From Hydrolagus colliei (lineage: Eukaryota), in NCBI GenBank assembly GCA_035084275.1, contig CM068747.1, positions 1,736,001 through 1,800,000 of the forward strand: 64,000 bases of DNA, given 5' to 3'. The notes beneath the pieces are model-generated. The model saw nothing but the letters and a program-made list of their open reading frames with translations, had not been told where the DNA came from and searched no databases. The position numbers and the translations under genes were made by a program. Positions 21,921-33,457 of this stretch are shown here, one piece after another; the stretch's first letter is position 1, and every line of letters starts with the position of its first letter.

Positions 21921-22427
21921 TCTTCTATATGTACCAATAAAACTATAATGTCTGCCTGCGCTTCAAGAAGAATCAGAATAATTGATTGATGTAGAGAATA
22001 GAGACATGATTTATACCTCGTCGAAAAAGTCTTGCATTTGGCTGTGACATGGGCATATTTGTTTTTGGCCATCTCCTATCATTCCTGAGGTATTTTCAGT
22101 TTTGCATATTTCGCTGCTGTTACACCCGATTGCTGGAGAGTCAAGGTGGTGCTGTGGCTTTGTACATCACAGAGCACGCCAGCAGCCAAGTGGCGGCGAG
22201 AGCAAAATAAAGAATACAGACAAAGCTAAGCCGTGACAACAACAACAAAATTACACACTTAAAGCACCAAGTCCTCCCACTGATCCCTCTCAAACCCCTC
22301 CTAGCGGAGTATAGGTAAAGATGAAATAAATGCATGTGTGCATTTATTTATGTGTGCATATGAATCCAATATGCAATCTACATTGCATATTGGATTCTTT
22401 AGGTGCAAGTGAAGCTGCAACAGCTAC
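21921..22427 (+). mobile_element. Non-autonomous Helitron-like element, copy 2 (more decayed)
   Basis: Shares tgtctg..gcttcaagaag, tagagacatgatttatacctc, cagagcac, caacaacaacaaaatt, gtcctcccac, taaagatgaaat and catattggat with 40432-40999, in the same order. Confidence 0.6.
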
Positions 22428-23479
22428 ATTGTTATTACTTTTTAAGCAGTTTTCATTTACTGTTTTAGGTAGGGTGAGTGATGGAAAACAATTGTTTCCA
22501 CATTTTGCACGATAACTTTTGCCTAAAGCTATAGTCGTTACAAGTTACAGTCAATCCTATGATGTATTTTGGGAAATCTACATCAATTACAAGGACTTAT
22601 TATTCTATATTACCCAAGAAAGTTTAACACTTGCAACTAAATTTAAGTACTGTACACATATCAACATGCACACGGACTTAAGTTCCACAATTATTTTTAA
22701 AAAATTATCTTCTAAGTCTTGTATTTTAAGGACATATTTCTATTGTTTATAACTGTGTATTATTATGATTAAGATTTAAACTTTCCTGCTCAGCTAATCT
22801 GCAGATTTACAGGTACAGTAAGGTTATTTCAGACATAAAATGATGCCTTTCATCCACAGATCTTTTTAATACTCATTTTCCCTTCTTTTGATGTCTCTAG
22901 TACATTGGGTCCCTCCTTCCTGGAAAATGTTCAGCTTTCATTCAGGGGCAGTGAACCTGGTAAATCTGGTAGCTTTTTATTTTTTATTCATAGGAAGGCA
23001 GCACAGTGCAACATTTCACAGATTACATTTTACTTATTGAAATATCAGGGAATCATTCTTCTACTCATGAATAATATAGATTTTAGTTCTGTTTGTGTGG
23101 CCTTATATAACAGATATAAGCTAGATGCACTTCGACATAAGTGAAGGCATAATTTTGAAGATAATGTATACTCAATTCATATCTATTCTAATAAAACATT
23201 TCCACATAGGAAACTTTTAAAATTCAAGTTCCAATAACCTTCCTATTTTCAAAAACATTATGTTTAAAATAATCCACATCTAAACTGAAACATGGTTCAA
23301 GAAAAAACAAAAGCTTTTTCTCCTCCGTGATAATTCCATCGTAGACTGGGAAACAGAAGACATTGGTCAACATTGATTTTCTGACAAAATAACTGTGATT
23401 AAAAGAAGTGAAAGAAATGATTTGAGTAAGTGTTTGCAGTGACTATTTGCAAGTAGTTTTGTGTGTTTACATATCAACA

Positions 23480-23772
23480 TGGTTACACCCCATATTACCA
23501 CCTATGCTCAGCTAGCTCCAGTATCTTGCATGTCTGTCGTCCCCTCCCACTCCATCATCGGCAGCTATGCCTTCAGACATTATGTCTCTAAATTATGGAA
23601 CTCTCTGACTCAATCCCTCCTCCATGCCGTCTACTTTCCCATCTTCAGGTCACACCTGACAATCTTTTGCTTCAGCTGTGCCTACTATTACTTTCCACCT
23701 CTCCTCGGCTCAGCATCAAGTTCTGCCACTGTTAAGAGCTCCGAGACACTGTCCTGAGTAAATGTTCTTGTT
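23480..23772 (+). mobile_element. Old L2 3' fragment, tail type B
   Basis: Encodes ..AFRHYVSKLWNSL..; tail ctgccactgttaagagctccgagac. Confidence 0.7.
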
Positions 23773-24786
23773 AGTTCAATACATAATTGAAATCAAGTTG
23801 ATTTCTTTTAGTTTATGAAATGAAAAGCTTTGTTTGTAGGCAGATATTTTGAGGCAGGGCATCTGAACATGCTTAAAAAACTGTAATGCCACAGATGGAG
23901 CCATTAGTGTGTATGAAACTGCAGTCATGTAATACGTTTTAGCAGTGTGATATTTTGAAGACAGCTTTGTACTCAAAAAAATTACATGACCATAGATTTC
24001 TTGGATAAAGACAGTTTTTCCACGGTTAACGTTCAATTAAAAAAACATGGAACCAGACCCGTGTTACTATTATAGTTTATTTCTCTGAAGCACAGTAAAT
24101 AGCAAATAGCTGTTTCAGATGCTTTGGGATATGATGATATGCAAAATATTATTTAAACACCGCCACACTGAAATAATCGAGTATGTTTGATGCACTCAAA
24201 GGCATATTAATATAGTTACCTGTATATTCAAGGTTGCAAGCTGTTTAGGAAGATTGTGCTGCCAGTGTTCAAGCTTTTCCATTAACAGTGGCAGAACTTT
24301 TTATTTTAAATAGCTTGAATATTTGAACACTATATTAAAAGAAATGAAGTGCCACAAATGTTCTTGGATAAAATCGTATCCCAGTATTATAGTTCAGTGC
24401 TTTGTTGCAGAAAACATAGACTCAACTACATCATTTTACTGTTTCTGCCCCCAGGCACTGACTGCATCAATTACATTCAACGACAATTCATCTGGAATGC
24501 TGATTCAAAACATTTATCTCTGAGGAAAAAAAATCCCCCAAAAGGAAAAATGAGAGGGCTGTGATTCTGGTCAGCCATATACTGTAATGCAAACACTGAT
24601 GCTACTTAGCTTGAAATGGGATGTGCCCATTATAATTGTGCAGCATGAATGATGTTGCGAAGAATGCCAATCAGAATTGTAGCCAGCAGGAATTAGATCA
24701 TTTAAAAACTGAGTTTACAGCTTCATTGTTAGTACATCTTTCAGAAAGAGATTATTCACCAAACATATGGTGGTTTTCAATCTTTG

Positions 24787-25126
24787 ATAATAATAATAAT
24801 AATCCTTGCATTTGATATAGTGCTTTTCACATCTTATCGTCATCCCAAAGCGCTTCACAGAATCTACTGTAAAGTGAATTGACTGTATATTTGTGGGCGA
24901 ATCGTGGCAGCCAATTGCGCACAGCAGTGTCCTACAAACAGTCGTGGATTGAAATGACCAATTTTATTATTGTGTTTTTTTTGGACGGATTAGTATTAGG
25001 CGTGTGGAGTAAGGAAACTTGCCCAAGGTTTCACCCTGACCTGCCTGGATTCGAACATACGTCTCCCCAGCTTGGTCTCCCCAGTTTGCAAGACAAGTGC
25101 TCTAACCACTAAGCCACAGGAGCTCC
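24787..25126 (-). mobile_element. Full-length tRNA-derived SINE
   Basis: On the minus strand: A-box (tggcttagtgg), B-box (gttcgaatcc), body and (ATT)n tail. Confidence 0.9.
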
Positions 25127-25560
25127 AATTGATAGAATATATCCTCTAAGTATCCCAAGTTGCATTGGATTGTTTTTTAAAGTGTAGTGAGTATGTATTT
25201 ATTGGTGAACATACAGTCAATTTGCACACAGCAATGCCCCACAAATAACCATGGAGTGAATCACAAATTTTCTCTGGAGTCTTTGGCTTTGGCAACAGGA
25301 GACACTCAATGAAGGATCATTCACACTGCTTGATGAATTGGAAACCAAAGGAGATCAGGAACATCTTTAGAAGAGTTAAGGGGATGCTTTGAAGAAGCCT
25401 CTCCACCCCAAAATAGATTACAATAAGGTAATTACAACCCTCTACTGGAAATTTGATGAGCTGATTTAGGAACCTAACTAATATTGACGGAGCCAAATAT
25501 TGCTGTCCGCTCCAGATAGGGAAGCTCTTATTATCCCATTTCATCTGCTATCACTATCCT

Positions 25561-25863
25561 GTGGAATCCTATAGCTCAGTGGTTAGGTAGAGCACTTGCT
25601 TTACAAACAAGAGTCCTGAGTTTAAATCCTGGCAGGGCGAAACCTTGGGCAAGTTTCTTTACTTCACACGCCTAATAATAATTCCTCAAAAAAAACAATA
25701 ATAAATTGGTTATTTCAATCCAAGACTGTTAAGCGCAATTGGCTGCCATGTTTCGCCTACATATATAAAGTCAATTCACTTTACAATATATTCTGTGAAG
25801 TGCTTTGAGACCTCTAAAAAATGTGCAAAGCGCTATATTAAATGCAAGCATTATCATTATTAT
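25561..25863 (+). mobile_element. Full-length tRNA-derived SINE
   Basis: gtggaatcctatagctcagtggttag head through the aaatgcaagcattatcattattat tail. Confidence 0.9.
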
Positions 25864-26794
25864 ACAGTGTTATCTAATCATTGAAAGATCAGATTTCTTC
25901 ATCCAAGATTCCTGAGGGCTATATAGAGGAATTACTATGGAATGACAATGAAGGCTGGAATGAAGCGAATCAATGCCTGTGTAAATATCAGCCTTGCCAC
26001 CGAGACAAGTGCACAAATCAACAAGCTTACAAAATCCTAATCATATATCCACGGTATGACTAGTGAAGATAATCCCAAATTTGTTGGCATTTCAGATCCC
26101 GAGAGTCAGGACCCAACAAGCCTTGGTCAAGGTGTAAATTGTTTAATTACAATAAGTATGATTTAAGAGATACACAAATGATTAAAGATTATTATGTAAT
26201 AGTAAATTCATAAACGATAGAGTCACATACAACATATGATATAAAATGATTCGAGACACATACTCATGCCCAATGAATTCTGCAGAATGTTGATTTATCC
26301 AGGTTTTGTTCAGTACTATGGTCAATTCTCCGTAATACTCACACCAACCAGTAATACCCTCGCTCCTTCTCTACCTACTCCCTGGACTTGAGCCCAATTA
26401 TCCTATTTTTTGAAAATGACCATTGACTTTATCTGGACTATGTCCCAAATAAAAGAATGTGTTATTCTCTTTGCCCTGTCCAGAAAGAATGAGCCGTTAA
26501 CCTTGAGACAGTTTGTTATTAGAACAGGCTCTTATCCGTATTCCTTTATCTTGTTTTTCAGACTTTGTGTCATTGTTCACTTTTAATTCAGGTTCTGAAT
26601 TTAATTTATTGCTTTCTGCTGAATATGCTTTTTAGGCTATATTAACCCTATTCTATCCTCCTACCCACAACATGGTTGTACACATGAAAGTAACAGATTT
26701 TGTTTGGATTGACTACAGTACTTTGCAAATGTAAGGGGAGAGAAATTATTTCCATTGATAGTGGAATCAGTAACTAAGGGACATAGTTGTAAGG

Positions 26795-27372
26795 TAATAA
26801 AATAATAATCCTTGCATTTGATGTTGCACTTTTCATGTCTTCTAGACATTTCAAAGGGCTTCATAGAATGTACTGTAAACTTAATTGATGGTATACTTGT
26901 GGGCAAAAAGCGGCAGCCGATTGTCCCACAAACAGTTGTAGATTGAGTGACCAAATTACCAGTTTTGTTTTAAGGATTATTATCCCTGGAAAAGCAATCT
27001 GCCAATCGACTAACAATTAGGCTTCTACCTAAGGTAGCCTCAAAATAATAATAATAATCCGTTTGATATATTGCATTTGATACAGCGCTTCTCCTGTCTT
27101 CTATACGTCTCAAAGCGCTTCACAGAATATACTGTAAAGTGAATTGACTGTATATTTGTGGGTGAAACGTGGAAGCGTGGGTGAAAATTGGTCATTTAAT
27201 TTTACAACTGTTTGTGTGACACTGCACACAGCAGTGTCACACAAATAAATTTCCTTACTCCACGTTAGGGATTATTATTAGGCACGTGGAGTAAGGAAAC
27301 TTACCCGAGGTTTCGCCCTGACCTACCTGGATTTGAACACAGGTCTCATGCTTGTAAGGTGAGTGCTCTTAC
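26795..27372 (-). mobile_element. Two adjacent SINE copies (about 26795-27030 and 27043-27372); the second is internally rearranged
   Basis: Two reverse-complement tails (taataataatcc..gcatttgat); head remnant at about 27300-27372. Confidence 0.85.
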
Positions 27373-27374
27373 CA

Positions 27375-27626
27375 AAAGGAGAATTTAGGAGGATATTTAT
27401 CATCCAGAGAATATTTTGTATGTTGTATGCCCCAAGTAGGATGGTGGAGGAGGACACCATTTTGCTTGTAAGAGGGAATAGACAGGCATATGAAAGAGAA
27501 GGACTTCAAGGGCTATGGGGAGAAGGCAGAATGCTTGGATTGAAGCAATATCTTTGCTCTGTGAACCAGTGAGGCTTGATGAGCCAAATGGCCTCTTGCT
27601 GCACTGTAATTCTAGGTTGCTATGAT
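27375..27626 (+). mobile_element. CR1-type LINE 3' end remnant
   Basis: ..agggctatggggagaaggcag.. and terminal gagccaaatggcctc..ctgtaattctag..ctatgat, typical of CR1 3' ends. Short copies of this tail also lie near 34590-34640(+) and 19372-19418(-). Confidence 0.6.
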
Positions 27627-28368
27627 GGAGCCTGAGGAGGGTTGCTGAATCTGTCATTTTCTGACAATCAATTTGAGCCTGTGAAATATTATTTTAATTT
27701 TTTCTGTGATAGAGGGATATTAGATGAAAATTAATTTATTTGGTTGATTTGCTTCTCAACCGTACCATAAAGTGCTTTGAATTGAAAAAAACTGTACAGA
27801 AGTCCTATATAATAGGTCGTCCCAAGGCAACCTTGCTTGAATCCCCAGTACCAGCACAAACCAATGGCAGGAATCCACATGACTATGTTCCATTTGGATG
27901 ATTTGATCTGTTTAACTGGCATCATGATGAGGAAACAGACTTTTTTTCTGAGAAGGCTGAATTCAACCCAATCCTGATCCCATTCAAAGCTTATTGATTT
28001 GTTGCTATGGGATACTATAATCAGTAACCAAGACAGCATAACATTGACATGCTTTTATAGTGTGCAACAAAGGTCATATAAAAATTTTTTAAATCCTTAA
28101 AGAAACGGGAGCTCTTATGATTTTCATACTTGAATTCATCAGACCTCATTAAATCAGAGAGACAGAGAGAGTTGTCTTACTCTTACTGTTTGTCCTCAGC
28201 AGTACATAGAAAAATAATGAATGATTTGGAAAAACTATATTTATTTTGAAACCAATTTTACCTAGTAAGAAGATTATAGAATGTAATCCCATTTGGGAAT
28301 TTTAATCCTTTAAAGGGCTTTGTAAAACTACCAGAATCACTGCTTCATTTAATAATTCTATTGTGCTG

Positions 28369-28726
28369 ATAATAATTTAATAATCTTTGCAATTGATATA
28401 GCGCTTTTCACGTCTTATAGATGTGTCAAAATGCCTCACAGAATATACTGTAAGGTGAATTGACCATATATTTGTGGTCAAAACACAGCAGTCAATTGTG
28501 CACAGCAGTGTCCCACAAACAATTTAAAAATAAATTATTATTGGGTGTGAGGTGGGGATTATTATCCCCAGAAAGGCGATCTTGCCAATCAACTAACAAC
28601 CTCTTCCTTGTTATTAGTAAACAGAGTTGTGTGGAGTAAGAAAACTTGCCCAACATTTCACCTTGCCAGGAATAGAACCAAGGTCTTTCGCTTGTGAGGT
28701 GAGCGCTCTAACCATTGAGCTGCAGG
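28369..28726 (-). mobile_element. Near full-length SINE
   Basis: Tail, body and tRNA head (gcgctctaaccattgagctgcagg on +). Confidence 0.88.
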
Positions 28727-28831
28727 TAATATTAAATAATATTTAATAACTATACTGTTAAGAATCACAAATCCCATGAGAAAATCTTTGGGAGCATTTC
28801 GTATAAAATGGTTTAGTTGTATTCCACTCTG

Positions 28832-28914
28832 TTTGTGGTCAAAACACGGCAGTCAATTGTGCACAGCAGTGTCCCACAAACAATTTAAAAATAAATTATT
28901 ATTGGGTGTGAGGT
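28832..28914 (+). repeat. 83-bp local duplicate of 28471-28553
   Basis: Direct comparison shows one mismatch. Confidence 0.95.
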
Positions 28915-31900
28915 TATGAATACAACAGATTGTATTCATAAACACCAAATAAATGACCTCAGACAATAAGATTTCTGAATAATGGATCACAATGCACTGA
29001 ATAGTGTTAGGATTATTTTGCTCTATCAGGCTGCACATTGGCACAGTACACTGGAGATACAATATCTTCTCAGAGAATGGCAAATCCCCCTCCACCTACT
29101 CAGCTCTTTATTTCAATAATGTGGCGAAGAGAAAGCAGAAGAATCAGAGGCAGTTAAACTTGCCCTACTCAGTCTCAGAAACTGGACCAAAACAAAGGGC
29201 AGTTTGAAAAAAAGGTCTGGCTTTAGAAGGAGTGAGGGTGAAATACCACTTAAGGTAAGAAAGAATGCTTGGCTCCTAATGCTTCCAGATTGAGCATAAA
29301 ACTACAATTGATAAGATGTCTGCCTGGACAATCTTAGACCAATCCAAACTGTCCACATGAAAATAAACATAAATATTAAATATAAAGCTAATCAATTCAT
29401 ACAGCTAAACCAAATTAAATGGCTGAGGATAAGCATACGATCAATGCACTAACTTGTAAAGCTCTCTAGGAAACTCTACAATTAAAAGGTTATGGAGAGA
29501 GTGGATAAAATAATATGAAATAACTCTGCTGCATTTCATTCTTTTGTGCTTTGTTAAACCATGAATGCTATTAGCATCACTGACAGAACTAACTGTGAGG
29601 AGCCTAGACAATGGTGAGTTGAAATAACATCTGCAGATCTGGTCATTAGCACAGGTGCTTCTGAAGGCTTGTCACCACAACTCTGTATTTTAATTCATCT
29701 CCCTTATAAACCGAGTGCAAGATCTTATCTTAGACATTTTTTTTCAAAATTTCTTCTTTTTAACATAAATACAGCATTTCCAAAATGCAACCCAGAAAGA
29801 CAAATAATATTACTGTTAAACTATTTTAAAAAATTTTTTTAAAAAAAGAATACTAACAGGGAGGCTTTTCTTTTAAAAGAAGTCTTATAATTATTTACTC
29901 CCTAATACTGAACTATCTTTCCAGTAACTGACATTGAAGCAATTCCAGTAACCGACATTCACCCATATAAAAATGCTATAACTCACTTCAGCCTGTAGGA
30001 CCTGTGAGTTTTGCATCTTAAGTATTTGTAAAAGAACACCACATAAACTCATTGTCATCAAAATATGTCCCATTTGTACCATTACAAGTAACTTTGAAAA
30101 CCCCCCCTGTACATTTCAAAAATAGAGATTTTCCATTTGCAGTGACATTTTCATGTCTGGATGTTCTCTATCTCTTTCATTGCATCTTCTTATTGAATAA
30201 TTTCCCAAACCTTTTGCATTGACTCTTTATCCTTGGTCACATTTTGGTGTATTACTTCTCCAGTTTTTTATTTGTTCTTGTTCAAGATGCTATTAGAAAA
30301 AATAGAACCAAACCAAACTGACAGTATTCCCATTTGATGCCAAGTTGTTCAATGACATCCTGTTGTTAATCACAAACTTTTCCAAGTAATCATACCATAT
30401 GGGCTCAGAGTCATCTTCAAGAAAGGAATGGGTGGCTGAAAAAATTGGCCCTTGTTTACGATTACAAAAGCATGTTCTCAGCAAATTCTAAGCCCATCAA
30501 TCTCTCCTAATTGACAAGAAAAGCCACACAGTTAGTGTATCTGGTCTACAGCAGCAGTAAGTCTCACAAGTTCTCAGCTCTATGTCACCTTGTAGATTTC
30601 ATAAACTTTTTTTTTAAAATGAATGAATGCGATGATCCTCAGTAATTACAACCAAGTAAAATGGAACGGAGTAACATGTTTGCCCTCTGCACGATTTTCA
30701 ATTTCATTATTGATCTATACAGTTGGAGAAACAACAAACAAAACTATTGACCTTCCTTCTACAGTCGTACTGACTTTTTCTTTTGTTCCTTCTAAATAGA
30801 GTTAAATAGTGTGATTGCCAACCATCAGGCCAGATATTATTCATTGCTTCACCTCATATGCAGACACACCTGGAGAACATGTGCTCTCTGGAGTACTTGA
30901 TCAACAATATTAGCAATACTCTGGTGCCCATTCAATCCAATATCCATTCAACATTGTCCATGCCTGAGAAAGTTCAGCATCTCCTAACACTTCTACATAC
31001 TGTGCCAGTACAGTACTGGTCTATCCAAAGGGAGAACTTTGAGGGGAGAAAAACTATTTGCCTCTCAATCTTATTTCTTTTTAATACAATGGGATTTCTT
31101 CACCATTGGCATTGGTCTTGCTAAACTGTGTTGCTAAAGGTCAATGCAAATGTGCAAGAGATTGAAAAAGTCAGAATTTAAACTCCGTTTGATGAAGATA
31201 AAATGAAAATCATTGAATCATCATTCAGTCATTTCTGTGAATGTTCCTTTCAGTACTTAATCATTCTACTCATTCATTTTATAGACTTCCAATAAGCTGC
31301 AACATCTTTGAACACTCTGTCTTTCTGTTCAACACACCGAGTCTTGTTAACCTGCCACTCAGAAAAACATGGCAAACAGTGGTAATTTTATTGGCGACAA
31401 GATACATCAGATCTTTGGGGAAGGGAAAGACAGAGCTTATTGTCTGTGTTGTCTGCCTATCTATCCATCTATAGGCCTCCATTGATTCCTTGATGTTTCA
31501 GTTCAGGACTTCTCAATTACATTTTTTTCTGCATCTATGCGCATCACAAACTGGCTCACATTGGAAAGTTAGAAGAATTGCTTCAAGGTTTCATTGATTT
31601 ATCTCCAAAGAACAAATTTTCTGCTTTATCATTTTAGCTGCCGTTACATAGTTCTGAATGAATGCAGCTGTTTCATGCCAATGTGCCAATTTAGCAGCAA
31701 GCAGTGATCAGTGAGGGAAATGTTTTGCACTAAGTTATTCTATTGTTTAATATGTGTTTCTCATGCATTCCATACTGGCAATGTAATTGTTAAGCTACAA
31801 GATCAAGACCATTATTCCACACACAAGACTTTCTCCGTCTCAGGTAGAAACTTCTCACAACAAGAGAGAGAAAATTATAACAGGCCAAGCATGGCTGGTC

Positions 31901-32329
31901 TCACTTTTCTCCCAGTAGCACTGACATAAATCTGGAAGCTTCACACCTACCCACTGTCTTGGCTTAGAAATGGTGAATGATGACCAAAAAGGAAAATAGA
32001 ATAATGCATTTTAAATTGAGAGACTAATGCAAAACAGATTATGTACATAGAAATGTCATGATTAGCAATTTCATGATGGAATTTTCAAAAAATTTGTGGA
32101 GCATATATTCACAAGTAATTTTCATAATAATAGCAATAATCTCTACATTTGATGTAGTACCTTATTTTCCAAACGTCTCAAAACACTTCACTGAATATAC
32201 TGTGCAATATCCATTTTGCCCTGTAGTAGATGTGAATGTAATTATGACATAGAACAGTATAGCTCTACTTGAAGTTGGATTTGTTTCATCATGTAGGTGT
32301 TTCTTGTTTTAAGTAACTTTTCTATTGTT

Positions 32330-32613
32330 ACTCCCCTACCTGCTGCTTCCACTCGGCTGGCTCCGACCTCCTGTTTGACCTTCGTCCGCTCCACTCCACT
32401 AATGGTGGCCTTTAGCCACTATGCCCTGAAACTCTGGAACTCATTCCTTCAATTCCTTCGCCTTACTGCCCACTTTTAAATCCCACATAAAGATCTTTCC
32501 TTCTAATCATGTGTACAGTCACCTTGCCCTTCCCTCTCCCCTTGGCTTAGGGTCAAACTCTGTCAAGTGCTCTAGGAGGCTGCTCCGCCTCCAAGGGAAC
32601 TATATAAATGTAA
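32330..32613 (+). mobile_element. Old L2 3' fragment
   Basis: Encodes AFSHYALKLWNSF, as in the 43.4 kb copy. Confidence 0.7.
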
Positions 32614-33279
32614 ATCAGTGAGATTGAAAAATGCAAACACTTGTGTGGACTACGTGGTTAGTCCCAGGATGTTGGTATTGAAGTTTATCTTCTGATAAAT
32701 TGTAGTCAGTGGAATTCTACATGCAGTCTGTTTGTAGATTTCTTTAGCTCCGTTCCTGGAAATGCTTCAGTTCGTCAGAATAGATCATGAAATTTATATA
32801 AAGTGCAAGTACAGGTCAACATTATTATCATGCTGTTCACTGGAGTGCAAGTTTGCTTATAAATGCTAGTCTGCTGTGGACCAGTGGCTATCAGAAGTGT
32901 TTGGAATGAAGCCAAACCATCTCGGCCTGCTGTGCCTGTGTGTAAGTTGCAGGAAGCTGATTAAAAAGCAGAGATCTGTCTCATGAGCGTTAGCAGTGCT
33001 GGAAATGAAAACTGTTGTAGACTGCCCAGCGTTCTGTGCACTGGGCACACACAGGCAGGTCTGCGATGGAAACAAAAATAGTCAATGTGGGAAATGGATG
33101 TGCTGTACTGTAATTTGAAATACTGCATTATAATGTGTTGAACGCATTATTTACAATATAGAAAGGTAAACTACAAACAAGCGAGCCAATATCAACAAAA
33201 TTCCTGGGGTATGAGGAAAGAGCAGGCAAATATGTTTTGTTATTACATTGCAGATACACAGAGAAGTTAGAGAACATAG

Positions 33280-33457
33280 ATTAATTTAATGTCACAACGT
33301 TCATTATTATGTCGTTCACGCGGGTGGTAACAAACTACTTTAAGCATACATAGACGCTGAATGTCCGGTATTCTCGTGCGGGTTAGCTTAAAGTAGTTTC
33401 GCTTAAAGTTGCGCTTTTCGCAAACACAACTGCGACATTAAGCAAGGACTAAGTGTA
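33280..33457. mobile_element. Tigger/pogo-like DNA transposon (MITE) end
   Basis: Terminal gcgacattaagcaaggactaagtg+TA resembles a Tigger TIR. Internal inverted repeat aaactactttaagc / gcttaaagtagttt. A partial second copy lies at about 33613-33672. Confidence 0.5.
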
